This document shows positions 26,549-41,030 of a stretch of DNA of 64,000 nt, piece by piece; position 1 is the first letter of the stretch, and every line of letters starts with the position of its first letter. The notes under the pieces are model-generated. The model saw only the letters and a program-made list of their open reading frames with translations, had not been told where the DNA came from and did not search any database. Position numbers and translations under genes: made by a program. The stretch comes from Octopus vulgaris. Its lineage: Eukaryota. Location: assembly GCA_951406725.2 (NCBI GenBank), contig OX597825.1, positions 77,190,001 to 77,254,000 of the forward strand. Direction: 5' to 3'.

Positions 26549-27895
26549 TTATTATTATTATTTCATTTATTAGCCACTAAGGTCGACATATAGGGGACGA
26601 TACAGTAGACATGGACAGTGGGGATTTTATACAGAAACAACGAGTACACAATTAAGACAATAACAATGATATTCAGCTAAACAATATAACAATGAAGGTT
26701 CCACAATAGGGGGGAGTTAACCACCTAGAGTTGGCTCAGGAACCCCACCAATCCTAAACCACTCGACACTTCGAGGGCATCTGGGAAGAGCACCTTTCTC
26801 CCTCTCAAATTCACTAGCCTACAGGTGCATTTTTAGAGACGGTCCACGCACACGTGACATGTTCGCTACATTGACCCACCTTTTAGCAAATGTCCTGGGA
26901 GCACTTCTCTCTCCACCCTCATCTTCCTTTCCAGATGAAATCTGAAATAGTTGATGAATGATTGACCGAAGAGAAAAGTGTCTCCCTTCAATCCTTTCGA
27001 TCTGGTCCACCATAGAACCTCTGTCGCAATTGCTATGACACAGAGGAAAATTGTCTGCCCTTCCGGATCAATGGAAAGCGGCGAATCAATCTTCACTAAG
27101 GACTTGGTCGATAGCCGGATCCATCCTACACGTGAGAACAGCTGTTCAACATAACTCCATAAGTCAGTAATGGAAGGACACTGGACGAGTGTGTGTAGAA
27201 CGGCATCTCGAGCAAGTCCGTCTGACAGCACTCCCGTGCCCGTAGAGTTTATCTCGAACCGGCAGTGCCCCTCGGTAGCATTGCCAAGCTAGGGATTTCT
27301 GGAAGTTATCCATCATTCCCGACTCGAAAGTCCTCCTGAACAGACTGGTTAGTTCGACTTTGTCAACGTCTAGCGTCTCTCCAAGTGCATCATCGCTCTT
27401 TCTCTCCACTAACCCTCTATAAAACTCAAGAGTGATGTTCTACTAGTCGCATTGCCCACCTGGTAAAGGGTAGTGAGTGCCTGGCAACATTCCAGATGCC
27501 AGTAACCCTACCTCGGTCTCTTCTTGATCTAGGACTGCAGCTCAGTCAAGAAGACGAGCTGTGGAAAAGCCTGTTTGACGAACGGCGACCACACGTGTTC
27601 GCCGTTTAGGCAGAATATCTGGAGATGCCGCAGCCTCAGCGCATGTCTGCGCATCATTATCCACGGCATAGCCAGCCCTCTGCGTAGAGGGTGTTGGCAG
27701 CAGATGGACCGGCTCATCAATGGAACCTATCCCCTCTACAGTAATTTGAAGTGGAGGCGTTCTAACTTGGCGAGGCGCGATCGGGAGCAAAGCATGACTG
27801 TCAAGCAGTAGTAGATGACGGACGTGATGTACGCATTCACGACGTCTGCTCGACCTTTCGGGGATAGCTTCCACCAAGCTCATTTCTGAGTGAAA
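26549..27895 (-). mobile_element. 5'-truncated Tx1/L1-clade LINE (post-RT region, zinc-knuckle region, 3' UTR)
   Basis: KLSPKGRADVVNAYITSVIYY; LAWQCYRGALPVRDKL...CSRC; LHTLVQCP...LW; ends gtggctaataaa plus (TAA)n. Confidence 0.85.
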
Positions 27896-27974
27896 CATGC
27901 ACACAGCACAGACACATTTACAGATAGATAAATAGATAGATAGACAGATAAATAGACTGATAGATATACATTAA

Positions 27975-27999
<25 letters not shown>

Positions 28000-28006
<7 letters not shown>

Positions 28007-28114
28007 ATCACGTGACCGACCAGACCATCAGATGTTGTTACACATCGCTGGTCACAATGCGTTCGCATTGTTTTAGCCTTCGAATGACGCCACCCCGCTG
28101 GCTAAGCGAGCAGG

Positions 28115-28118
<4 letters not shown>
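28000..28118. mobile_element. Family E fragment embedded in (TA)n
   Basis: Homologous to 4332-4421. Confidence 0.75.
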
Positions 28119-28161
<43 letters not shown>

Positions 28162-28517
28162 CATTTGTATTGCTATAACTTCATACAAATCTTTCTTACC
28201 CAATCCAACACCTCCTTCGTCCACACAGCTTTGTAACCTGTCTTTGCAAGGTCTCCACATCTTTTGTCCTAGTGGCCAATGTATGAAATAACTTTATCCA
28301 ATTCATTAAATTCTTCCTTATCATCCCACGCTATTTCCGTCATCTTGCATTGATATAATATCCGCCATATTCCATCCTTAGAATATTTTATTTAATTCCT
28401 ATTTTTTAATATATTCATATATTACCAATGTTGTTGTTGTTATAGTTGACATTGATGTTGTTCTCCTTGCCTATGATGATAATCATTTATCATTTGTCTC
28501 TTATATACTATCTATTA

Positions 28518-29070
28518 TTTGTTTCATTCATTCATTTCGGTGGCCATGCTGGAGCACCGCCTTAAGAATTTTAGTCGAACGAATTGACACCAGCGCTTGT
28601 GTGTCCTTGTTAAAAGATTGGCGCTTATTATCTGGTTCTCTGTTGCTGAACTGCTAATGGGAACATAAACACACCAAGACCGGTTGTCGACTGTTGGTTG
28701 TAGCTGGAGCAATGCAACCACAAACACACACAAATCTATGTATGTATTATGTACGTATGTACGTATGTATGTATATAGGCATGCATGTATGCATGTTTGT
28801 GCATGCATGCACGTACATATGCATGCATGTATGTATGTGTGTATGCATATAATTGTATATGTATATAAGTATTTATCTATCTATCTATCTATATATGTAT
28901 ATATATATATGTGTATGTATATATGAAGATATATATATATGAGAAGAATTCACAAAAAACAAAAGACGAAGACAGGTGGTGTAGACAACAAACACATGAA
29001 TTAGTTTAACTCTCGGAGGTGAAAATGTCTTTAACGTTTCGAGCCTACACTCTCTGTCTCTCTGTCTCTC

Positions 29071-29163
<93 letters not shown>

Positions 29164-29312
29164 TTTAGTTTTCGTTTGCCAAATCCACTCACAAGGATTT
29201 ATTCGCCCTGTAGCTTTAGTAGAAGGCACTTGTCCGAGGTACCATGCAGCGCTACTGAAACTAGAACGACATGGTTGGAAAGCAAGCTTCTTACCACTCG
29301 GTCACACCTGTG
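28518..29312 (-). mobile_element. SINE A split by an expanded internal microsatellite that contains hammerhead-like repeat copy 5 (28940-29053)
   Basis: 3' half at 28518-28735 and head at 29162-29312, same orientation. Confidence 0.7.
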
Positions 29313-29374
29313 CTTTCACCGTTGTTGCGATTTTGGTTTTCGTTTTTGTTAGGATTGCTTTTGCCCTTATTGCT

Positions 29375-29405
<31 letters not shown>

Positions 29406-29939
29406 TTGTTGTCGTTGTATCTTTCATTCTTTATCACTGCCCAGTCTATTATCTGAATTTGCCTCCAATTTTCTGATATTGTGTTCAAAGGTATTCGTCG
29501 ATTGCAGCAACAGCAACAACAACAATAACATCAACGACAACAACAGCTGTTGCAGCTGCAATGACAATGAACTCAGAAGCAGCAAGAACAACAACAACAA
29601 CAACAAAAACCAGCAACAGCAACAAGAAGATTAGAAGGAACAACAACAGCGACAACAACAATGTGAGAGGTAACTCCGTTTCCGCTGACGACGCCGATGA
29701 CTCCGACGACACAACTACTAAAATTAACAACAACAAACACCAACACTTACAATAAGAAGAATAATAACGACGACGGTGACTAGCTACAACAACAACAACA
29801 ACAACAACAAAGGGACCTACAGCGACGACGGTACCAACTTCAGCGATAACAACAACAACAAGTAAACAGATCGCAAACAACGATGACAACAAATACAGCA
29901 ATGAAGCCGATAGAAACGATGACACCAATTCAAAGAAGA

Positions 29940-31700
<1,761 letters not shown>

Positions 31701-32399
31701 AATGATTTCTTTTATTTGCCGCGAGGGCGAATGATGTGGGGGACAATACAAAGACAGACATTGAGTATGTATGTGTGTGTGTATGTGTGTGTGTGTATGT
31801 GTGTGTGTATGTGTGTGTGTGTGTGAGGGGTTACATATAATGAAAAGATCATACACACTCACACACACACACACATACATGTATATATGAAGTATACACA
31901 GTGTACCATAAAGCAAAGAGGGAAAAGTATACTTAGTATACAACAGCTAAAAGAAAGGGAAAAAAGACGATCGTGACGCGGTCTTCCTGAAACAGGGGGA
32001 CTTCTTGGGATAATCGAGGAACCCCACGTTTCAAGATCTCCCTGAACACCAAGGGAAAGTGCCCTTTCCAATTCCTGTTCTCCGACTCACTGGCGATATA
32101 AACAAGAATGCATTTTGCACCAAAAGGCAATATGAGAGTGTCACTCTTGGTAACTATCGCAGTATAGTTTGTTCTAATAGAACGTCCGCGTTCAAGTGAG
32201 GATGAATACTACTTCTCCATATTGATACTGCCTCTGTCGCTCATATATAAGCGCGACAACACCGACAGTTCTTGCACTGTTTATCCACATAGTACTAGCG
32301 AAGAGATGGCTCGCTGCTACCTCTAGCCATCGGGAGTCCGTCATTGACAAGACCAAGGAAGGTTGAAATCAAGTGACCTGGTGGTCTCCGCGCTGGAAG

Positions 32400-32590
32400 A
32401 CGCTGGGATTTATCTCTCTGGTCCTAGCCTTGGATGAATTTTGAAGCTAATGCTGAGGTCGTTTGTGCAATGCTAGTGGTATATTCTCCACATCGTGCAA
32501 ATGGTGTGTCGTTCTCGGCGGCGCTGGAGGGAATAGAGTTTCGATGCTTTATGGCGGTCCCAATGATCGAGATAAGTCAAAGACTAAAAT
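32400..32590 (-). mobile_element. CR1/L2-like LINE C-terminal fragment
   Basis: Minus-strand LDHWDRHKASKLYSLQRRRERHTICTMWRI matches the Y.ERL..L.LYSL.RRR.R motif. Confidence 0.65.
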
Positions 32591-32832
32591 TGACTAAACA
32601 TAACAGGAGACACGTGGGATGGAGAGCCGCTGAAGAAGTGGCAGGTGTGTGACAAAAGATTTCCGGACAATGAACATAAAACAAGAACAGTAATAAACAA
32701 GTGAAGAACGAATATATAGCAGCGCGTGTGTTTATTGGACAAGAATAAAAAAGGAGAAAGAAAAATGACCATACCGAAAGATAACAATATATTAAAATAT
32801 TTACAAATATATGTATAAATATATATATATAT

Positions 32833-33255
32833 ACTCTTTTACTCTTTACTCTTTTACTTGTTTCAGTCATTTGACTGCGGCCATGCTGGAGCACCGCCTT
32901 TTAGTCGATCAAATCGACCCCGGGACTTATTCTTTGTAAGCCCAGTACTTATTCTATCGGTCTCTTTTGCCGAACCGCTAAGTGACGGGGACGTAAACAT
33001 ACCAGCATTGGTTGTCAAGCAATGCTAGGGGGACAAACACAGACACACAAACACACAAACACACACACACACATATATATACATACATATATACGACAGG
33101 CTTCTTTCAGTTTCCGTCTACCAAATCCACTCACAAGGCATTGGTCGGCCCAGGGCTATAGCAGAAGACACTTGCCCAAGATGCCACGAAGTGGGACTGA
33201 ACCCGGAACCATGTGGTTGGTAAGCAAGCTACTTACCACACAGCCACTCCTGCGC
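32833..33255 (-). mobile_element. SINE A, full length, little diverged
   Basis: Near-identical to 12910-13303; tail of tactcttt repeats. Confidence 0.92.
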
Positions 33256-33345
33256 ATCCATTTGAAGATATTCTGGCTACTCTTACCCCCAAGTCGGTTA
33301 TTTTCTGTCTGTCTGTCTCTCTTTCTTCCCCACCCTCTCTCTCTT

Positions 33346-33382
<37 letters not shown>

Positions 33383-33603
33383 CGCTCACATTCACACTCT
33401 CACTCATGTGCTCTCGGCCATAATTTGTTCTCTCTCTTTCTATCTTCCTTCATCTGTTTTTTCTTTTCTTTCTTTCCCTCTCTCCGTCTCTCCCTCTTTC
33501 CCTATCTCTCCCTCGCTTTCTTTTTTTTCTTCTCTCTCTCACAATTCTATTTCTTTCGCCCTCTTCCTTACCGTTTTAGATCTCTCCTTCTCTCTATCAC
33601 AAT

Positions 33604-33634
<31 letters not shown>

Positions 33635-33914
33635 ATTCTATTTCATGTGGTTTCGAAACAGCTAACCTCTCACTACTAACTCCAACTTCCTATTACAAGC
33701 TCCCTCCCACTCTCGCTCACTCCTTCTATCTCTTCTCTCCCCCTCCCCCGTCCCCCCCATACTTGGCACCAATGTATATTTATAAAGTTTGCAGCAGAGA
33801 CACGAAGGAAGAAGACACACTTTACCATTTCTCCATTTGGAAACTACGAGGAAAAGTCAGTCAAAGAACAGCAAGCAGTTCAGGTTACCTGTTCTTCACT
33901 TAGCACCACGCAGA

Positions 33915-33963
<49 letters not shown>

Positions 33964-34091
33964 GCTACTACTGCTGCTGCTGCTACTGCTGCTGCTGCTA
34001 CTGCTGCTGCTGCTGCTGTACTGCCGCTGCTGTTGCCGCTCCTGCAACAACTACTACTACTATCACTACCAGTAATACTGCTGCTGCTACA

Positions 34092-34136
<45 letters not shown>

Positions 34137-34188
34137 GCTGCTGCTGCTACTACTTCTACTGCTGCTACTACTGCTGCTGTAGCTGCGG

Positions 34189-34228
<40 letters not shown>

Positions 34229-35014
34229 TACTGCTACTACTACTACTACAGTGGTAATTGAAACAACCTCTATGTAACCACATGACCTAGAAGGAGTAGC
34301 TATGTTACTTCAAATACGAATCCGCTATTGTAACACTTTCCCTGCAAAATTAAATTTCAAGATTATTCCAGTGATGATGCAGTATATCTTCCAAAAGATA
34401 GAATTGACATTTTCTGCAAGTGAAGATGTCTCCATAAACTTGAAATATTTCAACAGAAAATAGTTTCAAATATGACGTTCTTGATCAAAACTTTTTTTTC
34501 GTTTTTTCTTATAAAACTGCTTTCCACCGTGAATGGTGACGAAATTTTGAGTGGATGTATCTTTTATCGTTTCTCTTGTTTCAATTCTGGTCCTATCTTG
34601 AGATTTCGACCAAGCCTTGAGTAATTTTGAAGATCCGTCCAGTGCTCACAACTCTGTTGGACGATATGGACATGCAATGCCAGGTATCGAGCTGCAGGCC
34701 CACCGATATTTCCTGGTAGAGTTTGACTCTTCTCACCGCCTCCTATTGCCACAGATTAGTACTGATAACTTCGATAAATCTGGTGTTCGACAACTACTAC
34801 TACTACTTGCGCACCCTAGTTCGTGCACGATGATACTCAGTGTCTTTATTTTCCCTATTAGCGGCTTAAGAAATCAGTCAATACAAATAAGACAAGAAGT
34901 CACGACTATGAAGAATAAATCTCATAACGTTAAATGGTTCCAAAAGGTGGTCATTCAACCTAATCTTCGAGTAGGTGTCGCTGTATATTGCGGTGACTCA
35001 ACCACTGAAGGCTG

Positions 35015-36240
35015 ATCTGAAACCAATTTCATCAAACGCTTTCGATTCCTTTAACTTGATCAGGGCCCCTCCCATGCCAGGTTTCTTACTCAACCTTTCT
35101 ATAATATACTGCATGAAGTAAAGGTTGTCGTGAAGAGATCTATTCTAGATGGCACATATCTGTGCTTCACAACTCAAACCATTGCCGAGCACGAGCCACT
35201 TCATTTTACACCGTGGACAAAATATTATTATCTGCGTTTAGCAGAGTTATGGGACGAAAATGTTCAATGTGATCTCTTTTCTTCGAGTCTTTTCTCACAA
35301 GTTTTCCGTTTCTCTTCTAAAAATAAAACCTAGGCACAGTTCAGTTCTGCTGCCATTTGTGATAAACATTTGCTAATAGCTCACCTGAAATATCTAGTGT
35401 AAAGTTCAGAATGCTTATAGTATCAGTTATTTTCGGCCTTTCACAACATTCCGCCCCCCGCCCATAATTGAGGTACACATTAAATTCCACCCTGAGATCA
35501 AGCTCACCAATAGTCTCAAACAATCGAGCAGAATGCCACTTAAAGAGCAGCACATGTCTGCTTGGAATCGATTAGTACGTACTAAGCATGGTCAGTATGA
35601 AAGAGCAAATTGTGTTTCGTTGCCTCTCTAGCACGAGAGTCCCTCGAAAGGATATCATTCATTGGTACCTTGGAGCATGTGCCTTAGCTCTGAAAATGCT
35701 GTCTTCGTATTTTTGGCTGAGTTATTAATCAAGAGCCAACCTCGCTGCCAACACGTCAGCTGAGATGCCTTCTAAGTTGCTAAGTCACCCTCTTATCTTT
35801 TCTCTCTCGATACTTCCTTACTAAACCTTATCAATTCTCTTATCGATCTTTTCAGAGTGAATTACAATTTGTCAATGTCCGCTTAACTCGGTGATATGGT
35901 CTCTGTAATCTTTTCACACAGGGAACAACACGTTCAGCATCCTGTAACTAGGTCCCTGCCTATGAAGTCTTTTGAGGTCAATTGTATAGATCCCAATTTT
36001 GCGATCTGTGTAGTTTGGAATGTGGTCAACCTATACTGTCCTTATCTACTGGTCTACACAATACTGTATCGATATGTGATCTGGATGAGTCGATGCAGTT
36101 TATCCATGTCCTCACTGACACATTCAGAAAATACAGTCGGTACATGTCAGGTAGTTGGAAACATCTGAGCAGTTTTGCACTCGCTCTTATATAGGCATGC
36201 ACCACGCTGACCCAGCGCGCATCTAAGAATCTTCTACTGA
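35015..36240 (-). mobile_element. Old Tx1/L1-clade LINE ORF2 remnant (end of endonuclease to start of RT)
   Basis: SRSHIDTVLCR (APE endonuclease end); FRPITLLNAD; NRSLHDNLYFMQYIIE; GALI...KAFD-like motif; many stops. Confidence 0.75.
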
Positions 36241-36242
36241 CA

Positions 36243-36662
36243 CTATAGATTAGCCTGGATAGTTTTGTCGGTGTTGATTGGAAAATTCCAGAGTATAGTG
36301 ACATTTTTACCTTCAACGACTGGCTCAGGATGATGTTCATAACAGTAAGCAAGAGTGCTGGTTTTGTAGTGTTTACATATTTTCCAATGTAAACACTGTC
36401 CTACCCTATCGTGGCGATTTTTTATTAATTCAATGTCAGTACAGGACATCCCGAGACAAGATGGTCTATTGTTTCGTCAAATGTGTCGCAAAATCTGCAT
36501 TTAGGGTCAGAACCGTTTTGAAGAACGTTAACCTTGTAGGTTTTGGTAAGCAAGTTTTGGCCTTGTGCCGCTAATATGAAACCTTCAGTCTCTGCTTTCA
36601 GTCCTAAGCTTCTCAGCCACTGATGAGTCGTTGCTTGGTCAACATCAGCATTTCGGCTTCGA
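36243..36662 (-). mobile_element. R4/Dong-like (restriction-like endonuclease) LINE fragment
   Basis: WLRSLGLKAETEGFILAAQ, CRFC...ETIDHLVSGC (CCHC), RHDRVGQCLHWKIC, ILWNFPINTDKTI; 5' side abuts a TAA-rich tract. Confidence 0.85.
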
Positions 36663-36699
36663 ATTATTATCATTATTATTTCTGATTTAGACATCACGC

Positions 36700-37355
36700 C
36701 AGCAGTTTTGAGGGTAGGAAATGAGCGGAAACAATCGATACCTGTACCTAACCGAAACTTTATTTTAGGGGTGCCAGGTTAATGAAAAGCAAAGTTAACC
36801 GCAACTGGAAGTGAACACAAAACGTAAAGTGCCGGACGAAATCTCGTAAGATATTCATTCCGGCACTCTCGGGATTCAGCCAGCTCGCCGTTTCATAAAG
36901 TAATTCTTTCTACTCTAGGCACATAGTGTGGCATTTCGTGAGAAGGGGTTTAGTCGATAACATCGACCCCACTTTCTCATTGATACTTATTGCGTCGACT
37001 ATGAAATGTTAAGAGGCAAAGTTGACTACGGCGGAATTTGAACTCAGAACGTAACGGCAGGCGAGAGACCTATTTCTTTACTACCCACAAGGGGCTAAAC
37101 ACAGAGAGGACGTGAAGCATTTTGTCCGGCGTGCTAATAATTCTGTCTGTTCAGCGCCTTATTATAGACACAAGTCTTGAAATGTTGATGACAGGGGGGG
37201 CTCATCGATTACATCGACCCCAGTGCTCAGCTGGTACTCATTCTATCGATTCTGAAAAGATAAAAGGCAAAGTTGACTTCGGCTTTATTTGAACTTGGCA
37301 ACTTTGAAAGTTGTAACAGTCCGATGCGTTTTATCCGACGCCCAATCGATTCAGT
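36700..37355 (-). mobile_element. Three tandem SINE B copies; the middle one carries a B1 tail fragment (37070-37111) inside its head
   Basis: Repeated aaaggcaaagttgac...tttgaact motifs. Confidence 0.8.
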
Positions 37356-37399
37356 CACTCAGACAACATCACTTCACCACCACTACCACCACCACCACC

Positions 37400-37430
<31 letters not shown>

Positions 37431-37648
37431 CCACCACTACCACCACTACTACTGCAAGCTGAAACTTCTATGAACTGCTGTTGCGTTAAGCTTTCTTACT
37501 CACTCAACGAACTTCTTTTTCTCATACCACTACTCTTTTTCGCTGCTTCTCCAACTCCTTCTCTCCTTCTCTCCCCTTCTTATATACTCACCGCTGCATT
37601 CACCCTCTCTCAAAATCTTTTCTTTCCTCCGACTATCACTTACACCCG

Positions 37649-37690
<42 letters not shown>

Positions 37691-38151
37691 GCTCACTCAC
37701 TCACTCACTCTCCCTCTCTCTCACCCCTATTCTCTCTCTCCTCTCCTTCCATACAGTTCTGCTCGCTTTCTTCCTTGTCTACCTCTTGCATAATCACTGC
37801 TTCACTCACCCTCTCGAAATTTCATTCTTTTTCTCACACTACTGCTCTTTCACTCTCTCGCAAACTCTCTCTCTCTCTCTCTCTTCCCGTCTTCAAACTC
37901 TCGTCCCTCCACCTATTTACTCCCATTCTCTCTCCCTCAATCTCTTCGTCCCACTCGGCGTCTCTTACATAATCATTGCTTCACCTCACCCTCTCAGAAA
38001 GTATTTCATTCTCACACTGCAACTTTTCTCTTCTCCTCCCTATCCTCCCTCCACCTATACATTCTCTCTCTCCCTCTGCCTGTCTGTCTCTCTCTCTCTC
38101 TGTAACATCCTTTCTCACTCACCCTATCGAGATAACGCCTTTTCTCTCACC

Positions 38152-38185
<34 letters not shown>

Positions 38186-38651
38186 TACCTTCCCTCTCTC
38201 AAATCTTTACATTTCTCACTCCTCACTCACACACTCACTCACTCACTCACTCACTCACTCACTCACTCACTCACTCACTTCACTCTCTCATTCACTCACT
38301 CACTCACTTCACTCACTCTTTCGCTCAATCACACTATCGCTTACCATTTCTCTCACTCAAACACTCTCATACAATATTTATTTCCCGTCTTTCTCTCTTT
38401 CTTTCCCCCTCTCTCTCTAACACACTTTCTCCTCCTCCCTTTCTCTACCCTCCTCCCTCTCTCCTCATCTCTTTCTGCTTCCTTCACACGCCTCCACCCC
38501 CTTCACTATATCTTACATTCTCTCTGAAACCACCACCGCTACGAACTCTGTCCATATCTGTCTTTCTCCAGAACTTTCTCTCCCCCTTTCACTACCTCTG
38601 CACTTCCTGCTACCGCCACTACCACTCTCTCCCTATCTCTGTCTCTGTCTC

Positions 38652-38701
<50 letters not shown>

Positions 38702-38806
38702 TCACACATTGACCCTCCTACTATCATTTCTTGCCATGTCTCTCTGTCTTTCTCTAGAAACCTCTCTTTCTCTCTTACCACCAATACCATCTCTGCCTGT
38801 TTCTTT

Positions 38807-38902
<96 letters not shown>

Positions 38903-38998
38903 TGTGTGTCTGAGTATATATACACATATATATATCTACACACATATATATGTGTGTGTGTATATATATATGCATGCATATATATGTATATATATCTA

Positions 38999-39091
<93 letters not shown>

Positions 39092-39168
39092 ATATGTACA
39101 CACATATATATATGTGTGTGTGTGTGTATATACATATATATGTATGCATATATATGTATATATATCTA

Positions 39169-39199
<31 letters not shown>

Positions 39200-39265
39200 A
39201 TGTATATATATGTATATATATATATGATTCTGGCATCTCTCCCACTGCTACTTCCATCCCTCTCA

Positions 39266-39306
<41 letters not shown>

Positions 39307-39677
39307 ATACAAAACACACACACATTCATAACTGCCTTCGGTATTCCTCCCCTTCGCAACTCCCTCGCTATTATTATTATTAATATTATCTACCACTCAC
39401 ACTAGCCCTCATTCATTACGCCCTCTCCCTCCGCCAGAAGCCAGCCCAGACATGGGACGTAAACGGTGCGATACTTCTATGAAGCCAACACTTACTTTAG
39501 CAAGTAAAGGGGAGAAACTTTAGTGGCATTAGCAGTGGAGTTGATTAAATTAAGAAAAAAACTGCCCTGGCCTTATCCATGGCTGTTTTACAGAGTTACA
39601 CTTGCTGAGAAATGTAGAGCAGAGTTAATGGAGTCGTTCATTGTCTGTTACTTATTGCTTGTGTGTGCACGTCTGTG

Positions 39678-39772
<95 letters not shown>

Positions 39773-39803
39773 ATATGTATGTATGTATATATATATATAT
39801 ATA

Positions 39804-39865
<62 letters not shown>

Positions 39866-39877
39866 ACATATATATAT

Positions 39878-39950
<73 letters not shown>

Positions 39951-39965
39951 ATATATGTATGTATG

Positions 39966-40016
<51 letters not shown>

Positions 40017-40117
40017 ATATGTATGTATGCATGTATATATAAACCCACAAGCATACACACACGCACACACACACACAACAACATATACATATGAAAGTAT
40101 GTATATCTGTATATATA

Positions 40118-40335
40118 CTTTTTTACTCTTTCACTTGTTTCAGTCGTTTGACTGCGGCCATGCTGGAGCAGCGCCTTTAGTCGAGCAAATCGACCCCAGG
40201 ACTTTTTCCTTTTGTAAGCCTAGTAATTATTCTATCGGTTTCTTTTGCCGAACCGCTAAGTTACGGGGAAGTAAACACACCAGCATCGGTTGTCAAGAGA
40301 TGTTGAGGGTGGGGACAAACACAAACACACAAACA
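40118..40335 (-). mobile_element. SINE A 3' half
   Basis: ttgactgcggccatgctggagc...gccgaaccgctaagttacgggga. Confidence 0.85.
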
Positions 40336-40344
40336 TAATCATAT

Positions 40345-40403
<59 letters not shown>

Positions 40404-40468
40404 ACGGTGGTGCACAGCATGGCCGCAGCTCTGAGCTGAAACTACAGAAAAAAATGAATATATGTGCG

Positions 40469-40520
<52 letters not shown>

Positions 40521-40521
<1 letters not shown>

Positions 40522-40860
40522 TGAAGGCGCAATGTCCCAGTGCCTGGGGTAGCGGACAAGCGGTCGTAGGATCACGGTTTCGATTCCCAGACTGAGCATG
40601 GTGAGTGTTTATTGAGCGAAAACACCTAAAGCTCCACAAGGCTCCGACAGGGGGGGTGGCGACCCCTGCTGTTCTCTTTCACCACAACTTTCTCTCAATC
40701 TTTCTTCCTGTTTCTGTTGTACCTGTATTTCAAAAACCCAGCCTTGTTACATCTGTGTCACGCTGAATCTTCCCGAGAACAAGTTAAGGGTACACGTTAA
40801 TTTCACGAGCAGGCTGTTCCATTGATCGGATCAACTGGAACCCCTCCACTTGTGACTGCT
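40521..40860 (+). mobile_element. SINE C-related copy with a different 3' half
   Basis: Shares head and gcgaaaacacctaaagctccac...ccacaactttctctca with 12343-12653. Confidence 0.8.
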
Positions 40861-40879
40861 CCACCAACAAACAGCTACT

Positions 40880-41030
40880 TCAACAACCAGCCATTACCTG
40901 TCGACCCTGGCTTACTAACTCACATCAAGGACTCCACCTCTGCCCTAAAACTCTTCAATTCATGTTTTGTTCCCCCAAGAGATTCTACTCCATTCACAAT
41001 AGCCACATCAAATCATTTTACAGGGACATA
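40880..41030 (+). mobile_element. Possible Penelope-like RT fragment
   Basis: LTHIKDSTSALKLFNS...P...FT resembles the Penelope S.IKD...L motif that precedes D..SLY. Confidence 0.45.

Noticed and set aside
28190-28380. Possible Tc1 transposase C-terminal fragment (RLQSCVDEGG)
   Set aside because: Single short motif with no TIRs found
37786-38712. 308-aa ORF
   Set aside because: CT-rich low-complexity DNA that lacks stops by composition
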